A stretch of DNA of 64,000 nucleotides from the NCBI GenBank assembly GCA_051362555.1, contig CM120645.1, forward strand, positions 17,174,001 to 17,238,000, in the 5' to 3' direction. Positions 24,101 through 38,474 of this stretch are shown one piece after another; the stretch's first letter is position 1; each line of letters opens with the position of its first letter. The notes beneath the pieces were generated by a model. It searched no databases. It had not been told where the DNA came from and was given only the letters and a program-made list of their open reading frames with translations. Origin of the DNA: Lingula anatina (taxonomy: Eukaryota; Animalia; Brachiopoda). Both the position numbers and the translations under genes were made by a program.

Positions 24101-27100
24101 CAAACTGGAAATCAGAACAGGTTCCATTGTTGGTCTTTTTTGATGACATGCGGCGGTCACTGCTTTCGTTGGCGTGTCTTGGGTATTCACATATCACAGT
24201 GGCTGTATGGAATTCTTGCGGGCATGGAATCATGATCCAGTTGGACGAGTAGTGTGGATTGGTGACAATCATAGCCGCACATGATGTACCATGGTCATAA
24301 ACAGGATGCTTTATGTTGAGAAGATTTGACCTCGACATGAATGCAAAATCGTTGTGAACATTTTGTGAATATTTAGCCGCGGTTCGAAAGCGCTCCTCTA
24401 CAAATAATCTGTCATAGTTTGGATGGTACCAGTCCGAAAACACAAGGGGTGTGCTGTCTATCCAGCGGAGTGTGTTCTAAAACAGGTAATAGGATAAAAA
24501 TATACCTTTATATACTAATACACGGAAATATTGCTCCTTGGATCTGAACGTTTATGATGCCTAGCGCAATACTAAAACCTAAAACTCAATTCTGAAAAGT
24601 TCAGCTTTCTATGTATCGCCAATGAAATAACAATTTTTTCAATTGCCTTCCAGCTAGATTGACTTAGATACATCCCATCCAACTGTTGTCTCGCAAAACA
24701 TTAGTTTCTTCAAGTTTTTGAAATAAAACCCATGACACCAATATCGTTTGCTAGTTACTTTTTGCTGCTGCATGGCTGTATGTTTAGACAATTATGAATT
24801 TCTTACCTGTTTTTCTCGTCTTAGGCCCAAGAACAGAAGGAACCGATGTTTGATATATATCTCCGAAAACCAGATCTCATCAATTACAGTTTGATTCAAA
24901 ACGACCTTTAAAGTGATATCGTCCAAGGCGGTCGGCAGTTCGCCTCCACTGGCCAGACACAGTTCACGTGATCTCAACCAGGTAAGGGGAGGACTTGCGT
25001 CTTCGGACTGTGAATCAAATGTAAGTAATTTATAGCATTTTCCAAAGATACATGACGTTCCTCTACTGTTATGGATATCTCCTACTAATCTGTCAGAGAC
25101 GTTAACGTAGCTCTCTAGCTTGTAACGAAGTCGAAGATCTGGATAGTCGTGAGGGGACGAATCAGCGGGAAGAGGTTCTAAGACAATACAGACCCTCCAG
25201 GCACTGAGCGTGTTCCAGGTGTATCCGATAAAGCCATTTTTGTATCTAGTGTTTTTCACGGTAAAAGTCGGTGTGATAAAGAGTATGCGATCGTTGGAAG
25301 TTTCGTTATGACTGACCACTGACGTATGCGAGTAATATTCCTCTATTTTAAGTTTCAGTTCATTAAATGAATTAAATGAGTAAACACAGCGCTGAATTCT
25401 AAGTTTGAGAGAATAAAAGCATGATTCGCAATACTGGTCCTTTTTTATTGTTATTGTATATGTGATTCCGGTATATTGTCGTCTACAAAACCCAGGTAAT
25501 ATCCCATTTGATTGAGTAACCGTTTTGTTGCGTGTTCTTTCTTGTCCTTCTTTGAAAACGTTACTCTCTTGATCCACGTTGTTGTCTAGCCACATAAAAT
25601 AAAAGTAAGGGGTTGAACAAAGAGTTCGAGTTACTAGCAAGTTTCCAGTATATCCATCATTCACTAAAAATATCTTGAACACTTTACCCTCAAATGGATC
25701 ACTGTATTCATTGGACAAAAACTGACACTTTCTGTCTCCCGGAACTGCATCTCTAAGTTCAAAAGATATCGTCAGTGGAGTATCAAATTTGAAAAACACG
25801 TTCCCATGTTTTGGACTCTCCAAATATATGAACATTCTTCCGTCAATATGACAGTCAGATCCGATAGACACGGTCACATAACTTGTTTCAGATAATCCAG
25901 AACTTTCATTATATCCTACCTGGCACGTGTTTTTGCCCTCAAAATACAGTAGTCTACCCCACTGACGGATCTGGCGGTCCATATAGAACACTCTGAATGT
26001 TAAGACGCGGTTAGGCATGAAACATGACCCACTGGCATTGTTAAATCGGAAACAGTAGAATGTTACACGCAGTCGACTAAAAGTGATAGTCGCCTTCAAT
26101 TTCTCCATATCATAGTAGGTGCAACTCGGCCCCATCATAGCTAAGTTATTATTTGAGTCACTGAAGCTAGTTAATACTATTCCAAAGAAAGGGCATCTTT
26201 CGCCAACTATCCCGGACGGGATAGCAGAGGGCGAGGTTAAGTCGCGGAAGTTACTTATAAACTCCATATAAATGCTTTCTAAGTCTACCATGAAATTTGG
26301 GAAAAGGTCAACATCATGTCGAACTAAGGGTTCAGGAATTAGAGTTAAACTAACTGAAGTGTGGTTACTGAAGTCTGTACAAGATGTGTTCAGGCGAGCA
26401 AAAAGATTTCTAGAAGATTGGCATGCTGTCCCGGGCTTATAGTGTGTTACGATAGAAGTGTAGTGAGCAACAAACACCCACGGGGTAGGACCCAGTATGT
26501 ACCTTTCTTCAGTTAAGTTGAAAAATGCATTCCAACCTATTGTACGGATGGAACCATTTTTCAGTGGGATATGCGTGTCCGTGGGATGCAAAATAATCCT
26601 AGATCCTGGGGGTCCTTCGTATACTTGCAATGTATACGGCACAGAGGTGTTGGAATAAGTGCCTGAAAGCACTTCCCAGTGCAGTAAAATCTTCTCGCCA
26701 ACTCGAGCACTGATATGAACGTGATATTCCACTTTACTGTTGCACTGCGTCGAAATAAGCTCTGTTACTGGATGGAATACGCCTCGGTGTGAAGACAATA
26801 ATGCGGGTAGTCGAACCTGGTAACAGTCTGAAAATACTGCCTGGTATTCGATGTGAAATCCGGACGATTCCCAATCACTATCTGTAGAAAATTCGACACA
26901 GAACTCATTTCCGGCTAGGGTGAGTTCCGTTGAGTTGAGAATTGTAAACTTTCCGCAAAATTTATCGAACAGACGGGATGCATTACATTGCCCTATGAAT
27001 ACGGCAAGATAATCGAATATACAGTTAACGTCTGAATATTCTAGTGAGAAATGGTTTAATCTTAACCTTACCCCGCTACCCTTAGCAATAGTTATCATCC

Positions 27101-27440
27101 AGCTCTGTCTGTGCGACGGTGGATAAGAACCTTGGCCAAAATTTGGACTTTGAATGATACCGCATATCCCAACTTTGTTCAGAACAGTTGAATTACCCTC
27201 TGTACGTGTATTCGTCTGTCCCTCACACGAATCCCAGGCACATTGTTGAATTAACTGCGACGATTTATAATTCGCCAGCGCCGGTGTTTTCAGCGTAATC
27301 GTCTTCAAACATTCGCGAAATAATGAGCGCGCATCAGACATTTTCAAGAGGCTAATGCCATCACTTTCTCTGCATACAAAGAAAAGTGAGAAAACTGAAA
27401 GGAACATGGACCGCGTCTTTTTGCTCATTCTCATGGCCAT
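21149..27440 (-). pseudogene. GRL101-like leucine-rich-repeat GPCR (signal peptide, CUB, C-type lectin, LDLa repeats, LRRs, 7TM), about 1891 aa when restored; this allele is interrupted by a MITE
   Basis: Exon 1 27440-24807 (CUB CGIIQSPNF...CIFDYL...FSTDSDWESSGF; CTL start KCYKL...LTW...C). Phase-0 intron; exon 2 from 24476 ([16 protein letters not shown]), LDLa repeats ([39 protein letters not shown]), LRRs (IDLSKNNI, LNISNNPI), hinge SCSDM, WRKSPSC, about 7 TM. Frame is restored by removing 22630-22915. Confidence 0.85.
22630..22913. mobile_element. 284-bp MITE with TA target duplication (Tc1/mariner-type) inserted in a coding exon
   Basis: TIRs cccgcaagaaaatgcagtag / ctacttcgttttcgtgcggg; TA at 22628-29 and 22914-15; internal gcagtag subrepeats. 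Confidence 0.9.
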
Positions 27441-28772
27441 GTCTCATAAGCATCTGTCGATGAATGCACACTTGCACGTGCGAAAAAAGCTTCGTTCTGT
27501 TTACTTGTGTAACCAGCATATATGGGAGTGGTGCAATCTGATGATTTATCGATTCCAATACATTAATATTTCAATTGTGTGTCCACAATTTACAGCTTCG
27601 CGAGTTGGGCATTATAATGTATCTCAGAACTACACTATGACTTGGACATGTACAATGTAAGTGCAGACGTCAGAGGCCTGAGAGGTTTTACTTGGCTGTT
27701 GGAAGTGTTGATTTACACCGAACTAGTTTACAACATTTAAAATCTATCAACTAGGCAAATGATACATCAATACAACGCGTCCCATTAGATGATGGATACT
27801 CGTCATGTGATGTATTCCCTAGATTAAATGATATCGGAGTGATGCGCGTAACAATCAATTTACTTTAATGCGTGACATTAAAACAGTATACTTTATTGGA
27901 ATAAAACACATGAGTAATCTGACTTATGTAGAAATGTCACAGTATGAACAATACATCATTGCCCATAAAAACTTAATGAGACGACAATGAAGGAGAGTGG
28001 TTTCAATTGTCTGGTGTCCACTCTCCCCGTCCCCTTTCACTGTCATAGAACATAATGCTTGATTAGTACGGTTGTGATTGATGGAAAAGGTCGCTGACAT
28101 CCCTGGACCGGGAGAGAGAGGAGCGCAAATTGTGTTCAGTAATTAATTTTTTTTTACAAATTAATACCGTCGCAGTCAGCAAGCCACTATGCTAATGGTG
28201 GTATGGTTAAAATAACCGGTCTTGGTGAAGTATTTGCGTCTATTAAAAACATAAAATGAATAAATCATTTCGATTCGGTGTTTTTCTTTTTGCACCACCG
28301 TTCTGGCTGTGAGGCACTGACTTTACAGGTATATGCTAAACTTCTTATCAAAGGCTGCCAGTCTTTGATATTTAGAATCCACTTTAGACTTTCAACTGCG
28401 TAAACGTTATGGTACTCATACCGCCAGATTGGATGGTAGGAAATAAGATGCACGAGCAAAAAGAACCGAGTAGGATCGACAGGTTACGAACAAAAAATCC
28501 ATAGAAAATTAATGCGTCGTCTTTAATAGAAAGTGTTTTACGTGTACAATCAGGGTGTCTTCCGTACCATCCCTCTTTCACTGTCATAGAGCAGGGTGCT
28601 TGATCAGTACAGGAGTGATCTATGATACAAGCACGCAGAAAACTCTATCTAAGAGAGAGAAAGAGAGATTAAATTGAGACATCAATCATACATGGTATTA
28701 TTTCAGCGTCCACATTAAGGGAGATATAAATCGAGTATGTTTATCTTAACAACACTGGATGCTCTGTCAGTT

Positions 28773-28930
28773 ATCTGCTTTAACAGGGGAAATATTAAAA
28801 ACTACGAGTATCAAGGATTTTAGATGATTTAATTTCACGATGACGGTAGCTCAGTAATCTGCTTTAACAGGGGAAAATATAAAAAATATCAAGGGTTTTA
28901 GATAATTTAATTTCACGATGACGGTAACTC
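28773..28930. repeat. Two tandem copies of an about 84-bp unit
   Basis: atctgctttaacaggggaaa...taatttcacgatgacggta occurs twice. Confidence 0.75.
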
Positions 28931-30382
28931 CAAGATTTACCGGTAGGGTTACTATACATTGTCTTTTCTTTCCAAGCAATTTACACAGGGATGGAGGTCA
29001 GATTATCACGTCGACAATGGGGCATGGGATTATGCACATTTCGATTAACGGTGTTACTAGGGCGACAGATTAATTTTTCACATATATTCACAGATATGTC
29101 TCTAGATAAGTAGTCATTTGGCTGTGTTTTCCCGTTTTTCCCTATACAATCTGGCACCTTGGTAGAGGTTAGAATTTTGTACTGTTAACATTATGTTTCG
29201 CATATTATATTTTGAAATAAATTTTCTTATGCCGCTTAAAATCCATGTATTTCTTCGCTATATTACTCATACACCCAGTTTGGATGCAAACATCCACATT
29301 GCACATCATCCAATCAGACAGTCGGTGTAAGAAACGACACAAGTATACGGAAAGATAGAAAGATTCTATTTCATTTATGTATTTATATTTCTGACTGAGA
29401 ACGCCGCATTTTGATGTACAACATAACTGCGAGTCTTCCCACAAATGGAAATACGCTAATTGCGACATGCAAACGATATTATAAATGCATTTTAAGTGTT
29501 GTGGAAAGGCGTTAAGTGCACCCGCATTGCACTTTTGCAAGTCACCTAGTGATGAGAATAAAATAAGAATAAAATCGAGTTCTCTATAATTCATTATTGA
29601 ATTTGTCAACTGCTAAAAACAGCTAATACCTGTATTTTGGCGTTTGTCTCAACATGATTGTGACGTCCACCACAGAATTGATGGAAATGTGCTAGATGTG
29701 ACAAGATGTTAGCCGCTGGATAAACGAATCTTTAACCATTTACTTCGCTAACAAACAGCGTTGAAGGGACTTTAATGTACATGTATTTGCACCTTTGTTC
29801 CTCGTCTGATGTTAATTGGCTCTTTTATATTTCCATTCTCTCTGAAGTAAACGGCGAGATTGTGCATTCATGTATCGCTGTGAGCACTATTTAATATGTC
29901 TGCACTCTACTTCTACCATTAATGGTAATGTCCACCAAGAGAGGATGAAACGCATTTTTTTATATGCCCAAGGTACTGGTACAGGCACAGACAGACTTTT
30001 TTTTTTGATAAACTTGTTCTTTGAAAAGAAAAGTACAAACTGATACTGAATTGAGACACCAGACCCTGGTGAAAAACTGTCGTATCAAGAATAAAAAGCC
30101 TTTCTGTTGTACATGTAAGATGGCTTTTTAACTTATTTTTATGTTGCCATAGAAATAAATAATAATAGAATGTGTATCACTAGGATCTAATATTTAAGTA
30201 TTTTAATTTTATTCCTATTTGCATGTATTTTTTATTGCTATATAATTTTTTTGCATATGTAATTGTACAAAATGTAATTTTAGCCAAAGATAAATATTTT
30301 CATAGGGTGACCAGGTTGAATAATGAGGTCATCAAGTCAAATTTAGTGTACTACACTGGGAGTGGGGTTTGGAGGTTGCCCA

Positions 30383-30455
30383 TTTTAGCTAGTCAAAATT
30401 CTAATTTCAAGAGGGGAATATTGGTGTGATATATTTTTCAGAAACCAAGGGGTAT
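30383..30455 (-). repeat. Fragment of a dispersed repeat family (also about 45498-45605 and 48059-48175)
   Basis: Shared core gaaaaat...tcacaccaata(t/c)tcccctcttga...aattttga, here on the reverse strand. Confidence 0.65.
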
Positions 30456-33089
30456 CTGCCCCTGGTACATTATACCCATGACCAGTAGGGTAAACTTGTG
30501 ATTTAAATAATTATTCATTGTTGCATGATAATTTTTACTTTTAAGTGATTAACAATTGATTTATCAAGTCTAAACTGGTTAATCTCTCAAATCATACAGG
30601 TGTCTTCTATTTTTAAATGGTAACATGCATAAAAGTTAACTACTTTGAATAAATTAATCAATAACATGAACTTGTAGAAAGTTGTATAACATTGCTCTTT
30701 TTTATTCATATAGTATACAAAAATGTACTGAAACCAAATACATGGACAAAACAATGTAGATCTTTCTGAAAAAGAAAATTGCAAAAATGTTAAGCAGACC
30801 AAATTGTCACAGTGCATGCTTAATAAATACTTATTAAGATTCAGTATAGAGTGGTTTGGGAATTAGAGTGCTCTGCTGATTCTTTTTATTTCTATTTACA
30901 GTCCCACATTTTGCTGACCAGATCTCCCTATAACCCAGCTTGTAAAAGGAGGGTCCCATTGGGAATTGTTGTTACGTACCATGGAAACCATTTATTATTA
31001 CCCCTCCCCTTTCGAGATTCCTGAAATATTATTATTAAAATTCATATTATTTAGCTTGCTCCATAAAGAACCCAAATCTATCATATGTGAAGGCAGCTTT
31101 TTATTCTTCATCATTCGTCACACACCAGACCCTGGTGAAAATATCCTTAGAATATCCTTATTCTAAGTGACTTGTGATTTTCAATGCAAATTTCTTGCGA
31201 TTTCAATAGGATATGAATACGGTTGGGACCCCTGAAATAAAGAGATATATGGGGATTACTTACATTATGAAAACAGATGTCTGTAACATTTGCTGCCAAA
31301 ACTGGCCAACAATACAGGGGCCAGGTGAAAGCAACCAGTGTCCAGATATTTAAAGTGGTGAAAACCAATAAAATTGCCCCTTAAGCTTCTTTATTTTTAA
31401 TAATAATAACAATAATAATTTATTTCTTAAAACCTCACTACATGTCTCAGCACTGCTTACATATTAAATCTAAAACTACCCCTACCAGTACAAAGATTTA
31501 TTCAAAAGAAATACATAAGCAACAATTTTAATAACTATCATTAGTGTCATAAAGAGAAACAATCAATTGGTTGGTAAAATTTGATAATAAATTTGATTCT
31601 GGGATTTCAAAACTTTTTTCCATTTGTTATTAGTCTTTTGCATATTTTTGCTTTCACAATTTAAAGTTGCCTGCTTGACCTAAGTATTCTGATGGGATTT
31701 GCTAGCTTTATAATATTATACTGATAAAATGGACAGTGGCCCTTTACAGCTATCAAAGTCATGGGTAGCATTTTGTAAACTATTCTTTGAGATACAGGCA
31801 ACCAATGGAGATCACTCAGGACTGGTGTAATGTTATCAGACTTGCAAGTTTTATGTAAGAGATGTGCAGCTGAATTTGAATAGGCAGATTTTTTTCACAT
31901 TTGATTGTTACATGTAGGTATATCAACCAAGAAGATACTGCAACAATCAAGTCTCTAAGTCACAAAAACATGGACGAGTTGCTCTGTTTGCTTATTATCA
32001 ATAACATTAGTTCTAAATATTTGTTGCAGGTTTAAATAAGATGATGTACACAGTTTGTTCATGTTTGTTGTTAAAGTTACACCCAACTTTCAAACTTTTG
32101 TGCTTGTTTTGATAACAGGATATCCACCTTTGATACTATCTAGTGTGGTGCTGTCTTCGAAAACCAATTAATTCACTGAAGACTATAAATAATTTAACTT
32201 GAGCCAGGATATGAGTTCATGCACACAAGCCTCGATGGTTGCTTTTTTATCACAAGGATTTTCTCACAACATATATCTAAGAACCATCTGTATATAACAA
32301 TAAATTGAAATGATGTCTATTTTTTTGTTGATTTGCCATGGAATTCTGGGAAAACATTTTTTAAACATTCAGAATTATAGAAAAAAGAATCACACAGAAA
32401 ATGACCACAACAAAAGTACTGTGATAAGCATCTGCACTTAATTCAAACGTCAGAAAAAAATAAACGTGAATGCATTGCCCCAAGAGATTTCCATTTTCCA
32501 TCAACATTATAAATAAATAAAATTTTACCAGGTATAAAACCACAGGATTTTAAAGGATTTTAATATATATTTCTTTTGTGAAACAATGTATAAATAAAGA
32601 AAAACTTCAAAACAAGCTAGTAGTTGCTTCAAGCTGGGAAAGAGCTAAAAAAGATCACAGTCAATTTTGAGATTTAAAAAGCTGGTGTCTTAATATACAT
32701 TTACTCAAAATCAGAATATCCACACAATATATTAGTAAGCTCAGAATAAGGAATGTTGTCCCCTATTTCCTCACCAAATATCAACCTAGATGTGAAATTT
32801 TGTTCAATCATACTTGAAATGTGCTATGAGAACAGAAGCACGAAAGAGTTAAAAGCAATGATCACTTCCAACTTTTCAAAGCTGAGTAGATGAGCATTGT
32901 GATGTACGTATATACTTCTAGACCTTTTTGCACAGTGGCTACAATGTCATGGTCATGATTGGTGGGTAGAATGTTACAGAAAATGTCGATCCCATGCCAG
33001 TTTGGTTTATGTACCTTTTTTGCACCAAAATCCAGTTTTGTGTCAGAAACCAAGAATCAGGGGCACAGTGTTATTCTGTCTCATTTACT

Positions 33090-36000
33090 TCACCCTTCAT
33101 CCTCTAGTTTAGGAAACCCAGCCACAGGCAGCACTCCAATCTTCAAATAATGTGGGCCACAGTACTCCTTCTCCTCAAACTGGTTAGTCTCAAAGTCATA
33201 CTTGAACAAATACCTTTCAGAAGAGGTCCCTCCAATAATATACAGTTTATGACCAAACACAGTCACTGACCGTTGGAAATGTCCAAATTCTTCGGGAGTG
33301 GGCGTTAACTCTGTCCATTGGTCTGTCATAATATCATAAACTTCATTAATAAAGCAGTCGCGCATGTTCCAGCCATCCTCGCTACTGTACCCTCCGAATA
33401 CATACAGTTTATTGTTATACAGAGACATGCTGTGGCCCTGACGAGTGTGTAACATTGGGGCTTTACTCTCCCAGCTTATATTGGTTGGATAAAACACAGA
33501 CATGTGACTGACTGGCACGGAGTCCAGGGGATTGTCAGAGATGCCGCCGCTGACAAAAATGCAACCATCCTTCACAGCAGCTGCAATATCAAAACAAGGA
33601 ACAGGTAGCTTTGGCAGGCTGATCCATTGGTTCTCTTCAGGGTCGTACCTTTAGGAATATAAAAAAAGTTTCTATAGATGTACTGCATGAATGTGTAAAC
33701 AGAGAACTATCAGTAAACCATCACAGTGTACATACATATTTAGCATGTATGGTTTACAATTAAAACACTTATAAAAACACACTTGTACACGTACTGTATA
33801 TCCACATATCCACCAAAACACACGCGCAACAACAAGCACACATACTAGTACAGGTACAAGTATACTAATGCACAAACACACACAACCACACTTATAACCA
33901 CATAACATATGCACATGCACACCAACACACAGCATATACACATGCTAACACACATCAGCCACATGCAGGCACAAACAGCCAAATGTACATTAAAACATCT
34001 GAACACATACACAGCTAGACACTAATATTCATGTGTGAACCGATAATAAATATAAGGGCACTTCACAGAAACACACACCTTTCCACAGTGTCTAGTAACA
34101 ACTCCTGGTCCTGTTCTGTGTGGTCCACACCACCTATAGCATACAAATACCGGCCATCATTGACCAGCGCAAAGTTCACACGGTTATCTTGCATTGGAGC
34201 GCACTCAATCCACACCTGCCACCTAGGGTCCAGGCGATACATCACATTGGTGCTGCAGTAGCTTCGACCATAACCACCAGCGGCAAATGCAAAGTCTCCC
34301 ATAAATGTCACACTGGCATATTCCAGAACCAAACTGAGGCTGCTAGTGGATAATGGCTGCTCACACATACCAGGTATACCTAAAGTAATGGAGAGAAGAT
34401 TTTACTTTGATAAAAAAATGGTTTCCATAAGGGTCCATGAGCTCTTACTGAAAATAGGCCTAGGCAGTACATTCACAAACTCATGGCCAGCAAGAGATGT
34501 ATAAGAGGTTCAAATCTGGTGGTCCCTTGCTTATTTGTTCCCTTGTTATGAACTCACTGACATACTGTAACCCTACTGCTTCTAATTAGTTTAATTAGTA
34601 GTAAATTCAATAAAATTTCTCATATTTGTTTGCCTGAGCATAGAATAATGTACGTAAAATAAACAAGTGACAAAACATCAGTGCACAAAACATCAGTGAA
34701 AACTTCGACAAATTTCTAGGTGCATCTTCTAATGAAAAGAGCATATCAATTTTACTAGAAGATAAATAATTACTACTAGTATTATATATAATATCTAAGG
34801 GTGTTTTTTGAAGATTTTTGTCTTTACATGAAGGAGATACCTGGTACTTTGAACTGTATACTCTCTGCATCATCAACAGCTGAGATCATGGAGACCAGTG
34901 GCTGCGCCCCGCGGACGCGGGTCCGTTCTGATGCCACGAGACACTGACTGTATGGGTTGGCCTGGTATTCCTTTGCCTCTGTAACCAAGGCCTCAATCCC
35001 AGGGTATGCAAGCAAATCTTCACGGATTTCCTCAAGTTGCTGGGAATTCAAACAAGGAAATCGAATCAAGCCTACAATTTCCTCCAGGTGTTTCAACCGA
35101 TCCGAGTTATGGTCTAACCAATCCAAGACCGTCTTGAGGATATACCCCTCAGGCGCGGCAATGAAGTGATCACTGGCTAGTATTTTGTAAAGCAGTTCAT
35201 ACTGGATCAATTTGAAATTTGGTTCTTCAGATAAAGGAATGAAACTCTGTCCTATATACTCGAATATATCAGGGTTCAGGTCGTCCAGAGCATACCTGTC
35301 CATCAAGTCCAACACTAAACCATAGTTTTCTATACTGAGATGATAGATCAGGTAGTAGCAGCACAGTTCTGACAACCATCCAACCTGAAATATTGGAATA
35401 TATTAAATTTACTATATGTATATAGTTCACATATGCAGGCTTATCTCAGCTTTTTAGTCTCATACATGTCCATCAAGGTGAACAATTTTGTCTCTCTAGT
35501 TCCATTACTGGTGTTGCTTAAAAACAAATTTAACATTAATTTGTCTACAGTGTTTTAAGATGACAGCAAATAATGACAGTACACTTCTTACTTTTTCAGG
35601 CAACTATGGAAGTACTAAGTAATAGGAGTAGTACTAGTATGTTTAAATAGCCATTTAGGATAAATGTTCAATCTAATGTTTTCTTAAACATACATAAAGT
35701 TTATGAGGAGATTCTTATTTCTTAAATAATCTATTTAACCTGAAAGAACTGAGAAGCTTCAATGACATCCTGAATCTTTTCAGCGTCTAGAGACACATGG
35801 CCATGGTAAAAGTATTCCAGCATGGCTGCAAAGCCTATAGGACTGATCTCGAACAGTTCAATGTCTTTCATTTGCTTCTCTTGCATGTCATGACTGAACA
35901 TGGCAGAAAAATAATCACTGGCTTCAGATAATATGTCACGATGTGCACTGAAGGTTTTATCTCCAACTGTTAGTTTAACATCACAGTTGTAGTCATACAT

Positions 36001-36114
36001 TCTTGCAGACACTTTCTTGTAGTTCTTGTTAACGAATCTGTGCTTGCCTTCTGAGAGTTTCAAAACCTGAAGACTGTCAGTGAAAGAGCTGGGGTCCATC
36101 GAGGTATCATGCAT
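33090..36114 (-). CDS. Kelch-like protein (BTB-BACK-Kelch; Cullin3 adaptor family), about 592 aa, 4 coding exons
   Basis: Exons 36114-35740, 35384-34841, 34379-34079, 33648-33090 (phases 0,1,2 consistent; 1779 nt). BTB CDVKLTVGDKTFSAHRDILSEASDYFSAMF; BACK LIRFP; Kelch repeats (AAGGY, YAIGG, VERYDP, YVFGG). Confidence 0.9.
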
Positions 36115-36689
36115 TTTTTTTTTTGTTAAATTCTGCTACACAGGCCTGCAATACAAAACAACATACACTGTAGAATATACATGAACATTAGCAGTGAATT
36201 TTACCATAACTGCATGTCCACAAATCCATGTACAATATCAGTCAGGAGAGAGAGAGATTTCTGACTTGAGCACACCTTATTTATGCATATAATAGTCGAA
36301 TGCTTTTAATAGATTCTCAACAAGGGTGACTGCTACAGCACGGGGAGTGTACTTATGATAATGTTAAAAAGGTGTGTTTTACACGTACAGGTACACGTAA
36401 CGATACATGTAAGTCTGAACAGCATGGTGCGTGATAGGGATCCAGATAATAAACACTGATATCCTACACTTTGAGTCTATTCATCAGCTGATGTGATACA
36501 CGAGTAAATGCGAGCAAGTGAGTCATGATTGCCGACTGCTAAAACAAAATGCACTGCAGTCTCTTTACAGTAGATTTTCAATTGATAACTGGCACCGATT
36601 TTACACGGACAGCAGTAGTACAACGTTAGTAGTCTACACTGACACTTATCTGTCTTTCTTTAAAAAGCATCGTATCTAAGCTCAAAACC

Positions 36690-36740
36690 TAACCCACCTT
36701 GTTTTTTGCGAGAACGGGAATGACATCCGGTGAATAAGCT
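36690..36740 (-). promoter_or_regulatory. Probable promoter and non-coding first exon of the Kelch gene
   Basis: Minus-strand ETS-like CCGGATGT (about 36723-36730) followed by donor AAG|GTGGGT near 36698; a matching acceptor tgcag| lies near 36146 upstream of the ATG. Confidence 0.4.
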
Positions 36741-37480
36741 TATTCACTGCGCAGGAACAGGAAAACCTGTTTTCTAAGTCATGACATCCCCGTATCAACA
36801 CAACACACATATGCTGCAGCTGCACAGTGCGCAGGAACTCAATGTTTTGAGAACTAAGCGACATCTAGCGACACACTACACACCAACAGACACAAATATT
36901 AGTGAAATCGTGAAAATAGCACTCGTATTGCATACATGCATAGGATTTCCGGATTACCTTATCTGCATGGGCTGGGAAGGGGTTTGCCTGGCCATTATTA
37001 TTATTATTATTACTATTATTATAATTATTTTTTTAATCTGCATATAGGCTTTCTGCCCCCCTCCCTCCCCACCTCTCCAACGTCACCGGTAGGCCTACAG
37101 AAACAGGGCCAGATCGGCTGCACAAATACATGAATATTTGACCGAATTTCATTTATCAGTGGCACTTGTTAATATTAAGAAAAACATATCCTTCATTTCA
37201 ATTCACTAATCCAGTTTAACAAGGGGATTTTTTTTTATCTTTGTAAGTCAAAGTACCGGCTAGTCATAAGTTTTTATCTTATGTAGGCCTATATTTCAGA
37301 CACTTACAAGTAAAGATTGTGATGACTGCAAGTTTAATTGAGGTTATTTTCTCAAAATTGATATTTATTATATTATGTTTGTTTACATCAAAAAAAAAAA
37401 AGTATTGATTTTGTTTTGCCCCCCTCCCCCCCCCCCCAACCCGGCTGAATGCTCTAAATATGTATGACATACAGTACACG

Positions 37481-37511
<31 letters not shown>

Positions 37512-37649
37512 TTTTTTTTTAAATTTTTTTTTCGATTGTTAAAACATCAACTGGATCAGCGGAGTACGGTATCTGGACAGTACTTACTGTACTCGCTGGT
37601 TGAACAGCTTACTGCGACTTACCACTCCGCTTACACTTATTATCGGTAG

Positions 37650-38474
37650 TGTTACTGCCAGAGCAGTGTTTTATAGATAAATCTTATTTCTTTACTTCGG
37701 ACGCGCTACTCACTTGTTTGTCGCATCGGTGTTGAGTAACAATTGTTTTTAGCGCGCTTATGATAATGATGGGATAGAATGTGATTGCACGAGGAATGAG
37801 ATCGGCTGATATTAAATGCTGAGACAGCCGTAATTACAAGTGTTTTTGTAACAGGAATCTGGCCCATAAGGTTAGCAATTAATTTTAAGTTATGAAAGTT
37901 CATTTAAAGATAATTGCGAGAAGATAAAATTAGTTTTCCATTGTAAACTGCAACTTTGAGTAGCGTTAGAAATGCCGGTCTGATGTACAATGCACAGTAC
38001 ATGTAACACAATCACTGTACCTTTCAGTATTGGAGTAAAGAAAGTTCAGTAAAGTGTAGTGTATTGTTTAGAAACGAGAATGTAGTTGTACTAGTTGCGA
38101 GTTAAAGATTGTTTGTTTTATGTTCGTAATCAATGTTATTTTAAAAGCGTATTTTTTCATTGTGTTAGTTGCGCCAGATGAGATTTACTACACAATCATT
38201 TAGAACCCAGTCGCTTGCATTACACTAGAATAGCCCAAAGTCGGTAAGAGTTACTTATATTTTGGAGATAAAGATAGGATAACATGCAACTGTTAAGTAA
38301 AGATGTTATTTAAGTGACTTAATAGCATTATATAAAAGAACTAGGGCAAGAATATGAGATGATTTTCATATTTTATTTCAATTATTCTTTTCAGTTGACG
38401 GTTTAAGGTTAAATAAATCAGTAAAAACGACGCAAAGCTGTTGTTGTTGTGTGTGAGTATTGCAAGTGGCTACA
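37650..38474 (+). repeat. 5' LTR
   Basis: Direct repeat of 44611-45435; contains donor G|GTAAGA at 38244, acceptor ttcttttcag| at 38394 and AATAAA at 38412. Confidence 0.97.

Noticed and set aside
21149-24443. ORFs 21149-22663 and 22818-24443 as two separate genes
   Set aside because: They are one exon split by the MITE; their apparent start and C-terminal tail derive from MITE sequence.
37706-37903. Identical 65-aa minus-strand ORFs here and at 44667-44864
   Set aside because: They are duplicated only because they lie in the two LTRs; no protein features.
38329-38338. TATATAAAAG as the LTR TATA box
   Set aside because: It lies in an AT-rich stretch inside the predicted LTR intron, about 60 nt from the Inr-like TCAGTT, too far for a TATA-Inr pair. 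It cannot be excluded without TSS data, so it is not called as a feature.
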